Positions 1-10,865 of a stretch of DNA of 64,000 bases are shown here, piece by piece. The translations under genes were made by a program, and so were the position numbers. The notes under the pieces were generated by a model that was given only the letters and a program-made list of their open reading frames with translations, made no database searches and was not told the DNA's origin. Every line of letters starts with the position of its first letter. The first letter of the stretch is position 1. This DNA comes from Spizellomyces punctatus DAOM BR117. Lineage: Eukaryota. The stretch is from assembly GCA_000182565.2 (NCBI GenBank), contig KQ257451.1. One strand, 5' to 3'.

Positions 1-264
1 TATCCAGCGCATGTCGCGCAATCCTATGATCTCCCACTACCCCCGCACCCTATGTATATGCAGCAGGCTCAGGCACGAATCGCAGCAGCCGTGGTACGTA
101 GGAGACAGAGTGTGCAAACTTGGGCTGCTGGTGGTTATCACGGCGTAAAGGGACAAATCGGACAGATGGTGCCTGTGGGACCTATGGGGGCGGGAATAAA
201 TGGGCACGGGGCTGTACCTGGAATGCCCGCAGGAAACGTGCAAAGGAAGGCGGCAGAACGATGA
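1..264 (+). CDS. Probable 3' end of a gene truncated by the window edge (low-complexity Pro/Gly/Gln/Met-rich tail)
   Basis: Open frame ending in TGA at 262-264, followed by T-rich UTR-like sequence. No recognisable domain. Confidence 0.35.
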   Translation, partial: YPAHVAQSYDLPLPPHPMYMQQAQARIAAAVVRRRQSVQTWAAGGYHGVKGQIGQMVPVGPMGAGINGHGAVPGMPAGNVQRKAAER

Positions 265-458
265 CGGGAGGCTTGGCTGTAGTTTGGGTATTTTTTGGGG
301 GGTAGATGTTTTCAGTTTTTCTTTGTTTGCGGAATCGCATCCGCTACTTGATTAAAGATGTGTTTACGATTCATGTACAATAATCTGATTATAAAATTCT
401 GCATGGCGGTGGGCGGACGAGCGTAGATTTCAACAGTTCGATGGCCCATTGCATGCAA

Positions 459-2590
459 TCAATATTCTTTCCCACTCTTTGCTTTCCGGTAATATTCTCG
501 CAGCTTTCCAAACAGCTTCTGTCTCTCTGACGCGTACCTAGAAAACCTGTCCATTACTATTTGCTTCCGCACATAGATAGTCAAAGCAGCCTTAACTTAC
601 ATTAGAGCGGACGTCACAAAAGCGCATGCCCCACCGAGGAGAATATGCAAAATCTTGCTCTTCCAGGTATCCCATCCGTATAACAAAGGAAATATATACG
701 TCACAATCCACGACACAACCAGGGTCGCATATACTTTGCCATCACCCGGAATCATTTCCTTCACCGACAGTGATCGTTTCATGTCCGAGGGCTGTTCCCA
801 CTTCCTTGACTGCAAGTAAAACTCTCGTATGAAGTGCCAGCAGAAATATATCCGCATAATCATATTGGCGATATTCGCCACAACGAGTCCTCCAGGACCC
901 ATCGTGAAAAGGTTCATCGTGACGTAAGCCACGAGTGCGAATACCGCGGAGCACACCACAAGCCAGTAGCTTTGCTTTTTTATCGTATGGGAATCACCCA
1001 CACCTTGGAGGAAGGCTTCTGTAATACCGTTTATGCCCATTACTGGGACATAAAGGCAGTAGATGGACAGGGCAAGAACGATATCTGGTGTGGAGGCTTT
1101 GGTGTTGCCGTACAAGATACTGATCAAGGTTCCACTGTAATTGGTAGCGAAAAAGACGAAGTAGGTGCCGAGACACAAGTGAAAGCGTATCAACGTTGAT
1201 AAGAGATCTAAGGAAGTTGCGAGAGACTCTTTTCGGACGCCTATTTGTTGTTCAAGGGTTCGACAATTTGGGCTGATTCGCGCGCAATGAGAGACATCAC
1301 TAACCAGTGGGATTGCTCAGTGTCCTAGAGAAAAACGCTCGAGCGGTTTCTTCCAATGGCTGGAAGACTATTCGTGCAATCAACGAGCCTGAAATTCCGA
1401 AGCCGCTTTCTTAGATGCGTCAATAGTATGCATCCCGCGCATAACGAAACTTACCCAGGTCGGACACCATCTTATACGCGCCCTTCTCGTCATTATTGCG
1501 ACCCATCCACATGAGTAGGATCCTGTCCCCTTCTGTAAGGATATACTTGAGGGCTGATTGTGCAGTAAAGCTTCCTGCTACTGACAAAAGATACGGGTCC
1601 AAGTAGAATGATTCCGTTTTCCTAAACGTGATTTCAAGGCTCTAGCTCCGGCCTTTGGATACGTTCGAGGATGCACTGTGCGCCAGATTACCCATGCCCA
1701 GTTATTTCTCTGATTTTGCAGGGACGCAATAAATGCGATAGGCTAGCGGAGCTGGATTCAGTGCTATATGACAATCGTGACATCACGGATTGACGCTTTA
1801 AGGCGCGGACGTAACCAAGGATCAGAAAAGCTGCGTACGCCAATTGGCCCCATGCGTAGGCTTCGGCACCGCCCATTTTCAACCCAAAAATCGATGCAGA
1901 CTTGAGCGACGTAATGGTCATGGTCAAAGCGAATGTCGTAACACAGCGCACTAACAGGGCCGTGCCTTCCACTTTTGCTCGAACATCATACAAGAATCTG
2001 CTTTGGCACAAGATGTACAGCGGTTCGCTTCCTAGCTCTACAATTGCAGCAAGAAGATAGACCCACAATGCACCCATTGGCCTCCCGTGCGTCGGTACTG
2101 TATAATGATAGCATAGAAACGCCGCGACGAGAAATACGCCGACCAATATAGGCAAGTAGGATAGGTTGATAAGTTTCTGTTGCTGCATTGCGTTCCCGCC
2201 CATATACTCCTCTGAGGGTTTAGGTACCGCATTACCAGTTTTCCTTTTTCGCAGGTTACCAACCAGACCATTTGCACTAACGTCCACTTCTCCCTTCGTA
2301 GACGGATCCGACACATTCGGAGAGTCGGCTTCCGTGGTCCGCAGCAGAGCCATTCTCAGATTTTCCCTCGACAAAAACAACACTGTGCCGGACAATAATT
2401 CCAAGTCCGAGGCAATCCCAACCGTTTGTATTGAGGAAACGCGTTGAACAAGATTGTTCAGTAGGAATGTGGCTGCTCTGGAGGAAAGCTGAAGCAAAAA
2501 GAGATATCCAGCGCCCTTTATGCTCGATGACAGTGCTCCACCGCTATCCTTGGTAGCCATCGCTGGCGCGTTATTTGCTGTCGCAGTCAT
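459..2590 (-). CDS. RFT1: Rft1, Man5GlcNAc2-PP-dolichol translocation protein (multi-exon)
   Basis: Motifs LQLSSRAATFLLN, LELLSGTVLFLSRENLRMALLR, ELGSEPLY, LKYILTEGDR, YCLYVPVMGINGITEAF, GLVVANIANMIMRI. Last exon ends ...SGKEY* at 459. Confidence 0.92.
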
Positions 2591-2758
2591 ATTCTCAAGA
2601 TCTCATCATCTTCGTCCAATGGAACAGCTGCTGGCTGAGTGACGGACGCGTTCAAAACAACAATGGCGGGGAACCGGCAGTCTGGTAACGCTGACAGCAG
2701 CAAGGCGGCGGGAACGCTAGCGAGGGAACGCGACGGGTAGCCGATACACGCCCCCCCA

Positions 2759-2876
2759 GCCATCCACATCCATTCATCCATCCATCAAAGCCCTTCTATC
2801 GCATCCGCTCCTTCCATCCAGCATCCCCTCGACGATTGCATCGACTACCGACGAATACCATCCATCCATCCATTCT
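2759..2876 (+). repeat. Imperfect (CATC)n low-complexity tract upstream of the PP2A-A start codon
   Basis: catccacatccattcatccatccatc ... ccatccatccatccattc seen directly. Confidence 0.55.
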
Positions 2877-2902
2877 GACCACCCGTTTGATCTGAGCCGG
2901 CG

Positions 2903-5495
2903 ATGAACCCCGAGGAAACGGATGAGAGCTTGTACCCCATCGCGGTCCTGATTGATGAGCTAAAACACGAAGATGTCACTTTGCGTCTCGGTGCTATGCG
3001 CCGTCTGAGCACAATTGCTCTTGCATTGGGCCCTGAACGTACGCGTGAAGAACTGATACCCTTCCTTGAAGGTGGGTAGACCTAGTAAACGCGCTGCCGT
3101 CTCCGCTCCCCACGCGTTGAGTTTGAAATTTGGATAGTGGGAGGAAGTGGGATGCGGAAGAAGTTGCAGCTGTTGTAATGTGAAGTGCATCTGCCTCAAT
3201 ACGGGAGGCTAACGTTCTTCCTGTTTGTAGACTCGATTGATGATGAGGACGAAGTGTTGTTGGCGTTGGCGGACGAGCTTGGAAACTTTGTTGATTACCT
3301 GGGCGGACCTCACTACGGACATCTGTTACTCCCAACTCTGGAGACTTTGGCCGCTGTGGAGGAAACCGTCGTGAGGGACAAGGTGGGAATGCGGATGAGG
3401 AGCAAACTCGCCAGCTTATGCAAACCGTAATAACCTCGTAATAGGCTGTGGAGTCAATTGCAAAGATTGGGGTAGTTCTTAGCCAGCAACAGATAGAAGA
3501 GCATTACATCCCTATGGTTAAAAGGTTGTCCATCGGAGATTGGTTCACAAGTCGGACGAGTGCGTGCGGATTGTACGCGCCTATATATAAACTCTCCACT
3601 CCCGCCACACAAGAAGAATTGCGGAGGTATCTTTCGGCGACAGTGCATCCAGTTCGATAGAATACCTGAATATGGCTAAAAAAATTGCATTACGTAGACT
3701 GTACGCGCAGCTCTGCCATGATGATACACCAATGGTCCGGCGAGCGGCTGGAACACATTTGGCGGTAAGGATTCCCTTCTGCTGTATCGGGCAGGCGAAA
3801 AATGGATATCGACGCTGAATCTCACCTGGATCCATCAGAAATTGACAAAACAAGTGTCCAAAGATAACGTATTGTCTGAAATGATTCCCCTTTTCAAAAA
3901 CTTGGCCGCGGATGAGCAGGTATGACGTAAGCATTTGGTGTGGTAAAAATGGACTATCGACTGATCGCGCTTAAAGGACTCTGTTCGGCTTCTGACTGTG
4001 GAGAGCTTGATTGCAATTGCAGAAGTTCTGACACCCGATGAAAACAAAACCCAAATCCTTGATACCTTGCGTACCATGTGCACGGACAAATCCTGGAGAG
4101 TACGATATATGATCGCTGACAAATTTGTGCAGGTAATGGTTGCCCACGGTTGAATCGTATTACAGCTCTATACAAGAGAGCGACAGCCAAGGCTTAATCT
4201 ATAATTCCATTTTAGCTGGCAAAAGCAGTTGGGGCGGATATTGTACGAGAGGAATTGATCACGGCTTTCGTGCATCTTCTGAAGGATGGGGAGGCTGAAG
4301 TTCGAACGGCCGCTGCAGGCCAGGTTCCAGGTGAGTCTGACCTGTGCATGCACTTACTCGTTTGGGACGACGCGGATGACCAGAATATCTGCGGTAGGCT
4401 TCAGCACGTTGATCGATCAGGACTCCGTATTGCGGGAGATTCTACCATGCGTGAAGGAACTCGTGACTGACACTTCTCAACATGTCCGCGCCGCTCTTGC
4501 TACCCAAATCAGCGGTCTTGCACCCTTCCTTGGAAAAGACAAGTGGGTGGCGTCTGGTCAAAGGTTTCAACTATTCTTTGAGGGTTGCGTTTAAACGTGA
4601 ATCACAGCACCATCGAACACCTCCTCCCCTTATTCTTGCAATTACTAAAGGACGACGCACCGGAAGTCCGTCTGAACATCATTTCCAAGCTGGATCGCGT
4701 GAATGAAGGTTCGTCGAACGTGTGTGTTGGAGCAGAAACCCAGAGTATTAATAATGGACCAACGTAGTTATCGGCATTGATCTCTTGTCTCAGTCCCTTT
4801 TACCGGCCATCGTAGAGCTGGCAGAGGATAAGCAGTGGCGTGTGCGATTGGCTATTATTGAAAACATCCCCCTTCTGGCGAAACAGTTGGTAGGTCTCCT
4901 ATCGTTATTCGAATCCAGTCCGAATGCTTCACTGACAAATGGGGTTTCCCTCTCAACAAAGGGCGTAGAATTCTTTGACGAAAAACTAGGAAATTTGTGC
5001 ATGTCATGGCTCGGTGATTGCGTGTTTTCAATCCGTGAGGCTGCGACGATAAACCTGCGAAAGCTGACGGAGGTGTTCGGAGTGGAATGGGCGAAACAGA
5101 CAATTATTCCCAAGATCCTCCAGATGGCTCAACATCAAAACTATCTTTATCGCATGACCACCGTTTTTGCGTTGACGGTAAGATGCAAACTTGATTTCAT
5201 CACTTATACGGGTTCTGATTTCAGCCCTTTTCTTTAGACGTTAGCACACGCTTCCAACGGGGAGACTTTGAGAGAGTTCATCTTGCCTACCATTGGCAAC
5301 TTGGCTAATGACCCTATCCCCAATATTCGATTCAATGTGGCGAAATCTCTTGAACAAATTATTCCCCTGGCGCGGAAAGCAAATCTTTCCACTGCGGTTA
5401 ATGATCAGATCAAGCCTGCGTTGGCGAAACTTGCAGAGGACAGTGACGTTGATGTGAGGTATTTTGCCCAACGTGCGACGACAGCTGCGTGGTAA
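2903..5495 (+). CDS. PPP2R1A: Protein phosphatase 2A scaffold (A) subunit, HEAT repeats (multi-exon)
   Basis: [73 protein letters not shown]. Orthologue of yeast TPD3. The last few codons may be spliced differently. Confidence 0.96.
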
Positions 5496-5717
5496 GGTCT
5501 AATAGCGAGCGGGACACGCAGCGTAAAAACATTAATGATTCTTTATTTCAGAGCGAATGACGATATCTCTCTAGTTGTATGGAGAGTCGTGATGTGTTAA
5601 GTCTATGGACAACCAATGAACGAAGTTCATCTGTACAGAATAAAAAATGAAAATCTACTAGTTCTGCCTAATCTATCTAAAATCGGTTCCCCTTTATCTA
5701 CATTGAAGAGTGCCTTA

Positions 5718-8700
5718 TCACCAGATGGGAATCTTCTCCGCAAAAACATACACCAGATCGTCCTCTCGAACTCGCAACGATGGCCTGGGATTCACAACCA
5801 CATATTTTACCAGGTTGTTGCGCTCCACCGTCCTCCTGTACAATCCCAATGCCAACGTTCGATGATTTCGGAGCAGAGACCTGAACAAGGCACCGTAGCT
5901 CACACCCGTGAAGCGGCCATCGCTTGGGAGCGATATCTGAAACAGATTGCCGTGGACTTGTGATTTGTCATCGGGATCGTTTTCTGGATGTGAGGGTTGA
6001 GGCGCCCTAACATGGGCAAGGTAATTGAACCACGATGGTGCGCTATCGGAACGAAACAAGGTGGTAGGGTGGGCTTCCGCAGTGGTAGTATGTTGTGGTG
6101 GTGTATGGGTTCCGTTGAAGATGAAATGCTTATTGACAAGTTAGCGATTACAATTTTGATCAAAAGGCCCACAAGTAACTGGGTAAAGTATGCACGCCTT
6201 ACCTTGAGAACATGGAGAAGATGGGGGTTATAATATGTCTGGCACAATAGAGAGGAAAACATGGCGTTGAAGAAAACGTGGCCGGCTACAAAGCACGGCA
6301 TCAGGTTGTGCCCTAATTTGCAGGTCAGTCAGAATGTTCCGTCAGTTCTCTTCAAAATCAGATAGGAAACCGTACCATGTACACCATCGTTATAATATTT
6401 CTCCCCATGACCGATGAACTTGGCATTTTCTGCATGGATGAATTCTACCATTGTGAAAATGTGCCTTTCATCTACGACCGATGTCATTGCCTGCACATTC
6501 AAAACGGACAAGAGGGCTTGGGCATCAGCCGCACGGTCTGCCACACTAATATATGGTTTAGTACACTAGCCAAGCAAACTGTTAAAACTATCATGAACAC
6601 GTACTTTGGTTGTTGAGGATTAGCCATGATGACGGCCCGCCAAGCTTTCTCCACTTTAGCCCTCTGCAAATCCTTTCTTAGCAGCGGTGTGCCAACAATA
6701 TAATAGACCTCCGTGAAAGCAGCCAATTTTATCCATTGATCGGCAGCAGGCTCCTCGGCGCAGAGGATCACAATAGGCCGTAGATCCTTGTGACGGAAAG
6801 GGGCGATGAAAAATGCCAGATTTTGAGGGAAAGTAGGACTCAAACTGCATATTAGCACATGATCCACGACACTATCCGGGACCGAGACTGTGGTGGGTTC
6901 TGTCGGCGCAACATCGGATTCCTTAAATTTTCCGCGTGGTAGCGCACTGCTTAGAATTGACGCGGCCGATGGCGGTTCTTGTTCAACGCTAGCAGTCGGT
7001 CGGGCCTTTTGCCCGAAACTGATCAAATCATCCTTCGCAGACGCCGATAAAGACCCTGACGAGAAAGATTTGACTGGCGGAGATCGTGATGGGTTTTCAG
7101 TTCGATCATCGTAAAATGATGCTCCTTGTTCCTGATCGCCATCCATTTGTGATATTCCCATATCCACAGTCGCTTCCTTGCTCCAGCTTGTACCAACACC
7201 ATTCCACAAAGATCCTACCGGTGTATCGGGTACGTCGTTTAGCACCACACCTTGAGTAGCAATGGTTTCGGCGACTGCACTTTGAGTGGTAATGATGTAC
7301 GCAGTTTCTCCGCCCTTGATGATATAGTCTTGGGGATTCATCACAATCCACGGTTCAGAGTCATCTGTCTTAAACCCGACAGCAAACAAGACAGCAAAGT
7401 GGACCATATAGACTCTTTCAGCAACCTCAGGGAAGCTCATTCCAGCGAAGGCTGAAGAAAGAGTCACCGCGTAAATCTCCATTTCTGCCCCATCCGCAAA
7501 CTCATCGACCCAGGCAGCCAACCGCTTCTTGCTTTTCAGCGCTTTCTTCACGGCGTCTGGGATGGATGTGGTAAGGAGGTAGAGGAGTGTGGAGAATCCC
7601 GGTGCCAAACAACTCTGTGCTAGCATTCCAAGTTTGAACTCATCAATGCACAGTATGTGATCCGCTGAAGATTGAATTTAGCTATGCTGAAGGTTATGAA
7701 GACAGGAAAGATCTCACGCACCTAAAATCTGAAAGTGGGTTTTGTTACCGGGCAATATGACTTGCGCAAAAATGTTGGCCTTTTTATGGAATTTTTTGAT
7801 GGCCTGCACGCTAATGTGAGCACCTTGTTTTCACCAACAAACAGTGTTCATCGCGACTTACAAGGGCGGTCATTACTGTCTCGGCATCGTCCTCAACGGC
7901 GGGCTTATCCGACAACCGTGAAGCAAGTACAAAGCATGCTTTCGCAGTGGAAGCCTGTGCCTTTTCTAAAGACCTGAAAGACATCGGACTCCCTTTTACA
8001 TACCGAACCCTACTCAAGTAGAGGGGATCGGCCTAAGGACAATGCATCGGTCAATAACAGCCGGCAATCATTGCACCATTATTGAACTCACGAGTAAGGC
8101 CTCCAATTCTTCGCTGGGTTCGTAGGGATTTAAAAGCACAACCTGCGTCGTCATCGTGGCTGCTCCATGATCCTAGATTCCAACTGGTGAGAACCCTCAC
8201 GCAATTTGAAAAGTGCTTACAACAAGGATATGCCAACCTCGCAAAAGAATTCCCACAGGAAGTCGCGTAATGATGTGATCTCAAAATTACCCGCAATTAG
8301 GACATGTGAGCGGTTGGTGGACTTGTATGAACGGTCGTATTTCGATTTATTACGAATCAATGCTAGAAGGTCGGCAAGATTTGTGGGAATAAATATCGCC
8401 CCCACTATCATCACGTACTATAATGCGTTTCGTAAGTGCTTATTGCAAGCAAACACAGGCATTCGTCAAACTTACCATGATGACAATGCGACTAAATGGA
8501 TTGTCTGGTATGATCTGAGTGCTCAACCCGGACGTTGAAGAGACTATACAACGTATTAATAAGAGGACCGACACACGTGAATGGTCGAAAGCCCATGGCT
8601 TTGAAATTCTTACCAGCGATTGTATAAAACACATCAAAAAAACTAAGATCATAATATTTCTGGAAATCCAGATGATATGATCGTTTAAGTTTCAGTACGG

Positions 8701-9694
8701 TATTCACATCCAATGCAAACTAACAGATTCCTGACCTGAATTATGTACAAACAAATATGAACCCAAGCAGTCACAGTGATTAAAGTATTGAAAATGGAGA
8801 GACCCAATCTCACGGCTTTCTGCGTGATCGGGGAGAAATTGAAGGCGACGTTTTTGCTATGGACGAAGCTATATCACTCTGAGAAGGTCCGTTATCACGG
8901 GACAGCACAGACTTACCTTGGCGTAAAGACCATCATAATGGATAAATGCATTCGCCAGAATCGTAAGGGGTAGAGGAACGCAAGAACCTGACTTGCATCA
9001 AGGTAATCTGACTTCGCGTCGTCCTTTTGAACGAACGCCCATATAACCGGCAACGTCGCCAAAAAGGACACCAGAGAGAACCATGAGACCAAGTCTGCCA
9101 TTGGATCCAAAGATAAATAAACCCTCGGTAGCCATTGGGTCAGTATCGCACAAGCAAGCACCAAGTCTGCAACAAAGAGACCATCGGGCGGGGGTGCTGG
9201 TCGCTGTGGAGGAAGATTTGGGTTACCTCGCTTTGGAGCAATGATATAGGTTGTCATGTACACAAAGAGCAGAACGAATGCAACATTCAACGCGGCATCG
9301 AGAACATGCCACCTATCGGATACAAAATTTGAGAAGCTGCCAGAAGACGTTAGAGGTTTTGCAGCTTTACTAACCATCGGCCCAGGGTTGTATAGTCCAG
9401 ATAGTATGCCCAGCGCTCCCGCGCCGAAGGCTGTCTGATTTTCTCCCCTACATTTCCTGTAATTCCCGTATCCAAGTAATGACAGTCATTGTCTTCATCT
9501 TCAGAGCTACTGTCACCCCTCTTGCGCGAGACGGGCCCGTCGTCGAAATTACGTCCAGGTCGTGCTCTTGCTGTGGGTTTTTTTAGCCATTTCTTCCCGG
9601 ATGGTGACCAGACCGGATGAACTCCTTTGGTCTTGGGAGCAGGAGGCCGAGAAGACACACCTGCCGATGCGAGCAGTGGTTGACGTTCTGCCAT
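5718..9694 (-). CDS. Slo/BK-family (KCNMA1/KCNT-like) channel with tandem RCK domains and a non-canonical pore motif (multi-exon)
   Basis: Transmembrane helices, S6-linker PTNLADLLALIRNKSKYDRSY, RCK1 HVLIAGN, MLAQSCLAPGFSTLLYLL, EIYAVTLSSAFAGMSF, RCK2 DHVLIC, C-terminal LGLYR...YVVVNP...DDLVYV. Confidence 0.88.
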
Positions 9695-9824
9695 GTCTTG
9701 CTGTAGGCGTCGTCAACGTGAAGAAGGGCAAGCAGGTATCTTTTTCAAGCCGATGGGTTAGGTAAACCAAAGATCGCTTATAGCCACGTGATTTGCGGTC
9801 AGGACGCCGTGCGTTTCAAGGATC

Positions 9825-10178
9825 ATGTCCCTTATGCATGCCGTGAGGGAAGAAGGGTTACGACTTTTCGACTTTCTGGCGCGGATAAGGTGGCAAGACT
9901 TGCATGATAGTCTGGATGGCCGCGGCGACGATGTGCCAGACCCTGATCCGAAGGGCGATGAGGAGGGAGGTGAGGATGACGAGAGCGACGACGACCGGAG
10001 TGGGTCGTCCAGGCGCCGGAAGCGCCGGCACAAGAGGTCTCGGCTTCAGCGTGCTGGAGCGAAGGATCCGGTCGTCGATAGCACCGCCAAGGTTCAAGGT
10101 TGGCTTGCTCATGTAATCCAACCGGAAGGCCCAGGCGCTGCTCCTGGAGCGGAGGATCTTCCTCCCTTCGCGTCGTGA
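9825..10178 (+). CDS. Small orphan protein (117 aa) with an acidic tract followed by an Arg/Lys-rich motif (RRRKRRHKRSR)
   Basis: ATG-initiated intronless ORF ~130 bp from the divergent channel ATG, matching the head-to-head layout of other genes here. CACGTG lies at 9785-9790. No family recognised. Confidence 0.5.
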   Translation: MSLMHAVREEGLRLFDFLARIRWQDLHDSLDGRGDDVPDPDPKGDEEGGEDDESDDDRSGSSRRRKRRHKRSRLQRAGAKDPVVDSTAKVQGWLAHVIQPEGPGAAPGAEDLPPFAS

Positions 10179-10266
10179 TCGTTGGGGCCACCCGACTTTC
10201 CGTCCTCCAGGTAAGTATCGAGGTAAGTATGGTCTCTCCTTCCCGAAGAGGACGTGGTAGAAACTA

Positions 10267-10472
10267 CACAGCGCAGTGGCCTAGCGGCTGGGCGAATCTG
10301 TGGGGCCACGCTGAGGGAAGCCGATAAGTCGCGCGATACGGTAGCAAGTTCACAGCGCAGTGGCCTAGCGGCTGGGCGAATCTGTGGCGCCGTACACCCG
10401 GTGTTATTCCCGAAGGACGTGGTAGAAACTACACAGCGCGGTGGCCTAGCGGCTGGGCGAATCTGTGGCGCC
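10267..10472 (+). repeat. Three near-identical 41-nt direct repeats (10267-10307, 10351-10391, 10432-10472) with 43- and 40-nt linkers
   Basis: Consensus CACAGCGC(A/G)GTGGCCTAGCGGCTGGGCGAATCTGTGG(G/C)GCC. Copies 1 and 3 also share the upstream TTCCCGAAG(AG)GACGTGGTAGAAACTA. Confidence 0.95.
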
Positions 10473-10542
10473 ATGCATTGTACTTTTGGAAGCAGGCGAC
10501 TCTCGGGAGCACTTTGGCCGTTGAGAGTTTTCTTTCAACGGT

Positions 10543-10619
10543 GGAGGTGTAATGCAGCTGTACCCGTCCCAAGCCGGGGGCTCGTTTCTCCATGAAATGG
10601 GAATGCAGAGGGCATCTTC
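10543..10619 (+). ncRNA. Twister self-cleaving ribozyme, P1 type, with a P5 stem
   Basis: P1 GGAGGUG/CAUCUUC; UAA (10550-10552); P2 UGC/GCA; P4 CCCG/CGGG closing loop UCCCAAGC; GAGGG at 10608-10612. Pseudoknot partners CCC/GGG and GC/GC are present. P5 CUCGUUUC/GAAAUGGG. Matches the twister consensus as I recall it. Confidence 0.88.
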
Positions 10620-10865
10620 AAGTGTGGTCTAACATGTTGGGTCTAAATGTGTATTATCGGAACCGAAACGCGAGACTTCCAAGCTTTTGCGTTTTCAATA
10701 CATTTGGACTTGTTGCAGACGGTGCTTGTTATTCAAATGCCTTTTGTTTTAACGCCCTCTTCCAGACGCCTCGCAACGACCAAGAAATAGCAATTAAATG
10801 TGCTGAGGAATTGTCACAAATTTATATTGTCGAGTAGTTACATCACGTCCATCTAAATAGGGGCA

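Noticed and set aside
10185-10391. HDV/CPEB3-like ribozymes in the repeat units (GGGCCAC/GUGGCCU as P1, CGAA-UCUGUGG as J4/2-P2)
   Set aside because: P3 cannot be paired convincingly (AAC or AAG opposite CGC) and P2 is weak. Not called, though a cleavage assay would settle it.
10267-10472. CRISPR array
   Set aside because: Eukaryotic context, no cas genes, only three repeats, and linker 2 duplicates the leader of repeat 1 instead of being a unique spacer.
10267-10473. tRNA genes or a tRNA-derived SINE
   Set aside because: An A-box-like motif is present, but there is no GTTCRA B-box, anticodon arm or cloverleaf.
10109-10595. ORFs 10254..10595 (+) and 10109..10474 (-) with peptide repeats
   Set aside because: They are explained by a GC-rich DNA repeat with periods divisible by 3. 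Near-identity at synonymous positions and overlap with the twister favour an RNA/DNA-level function.
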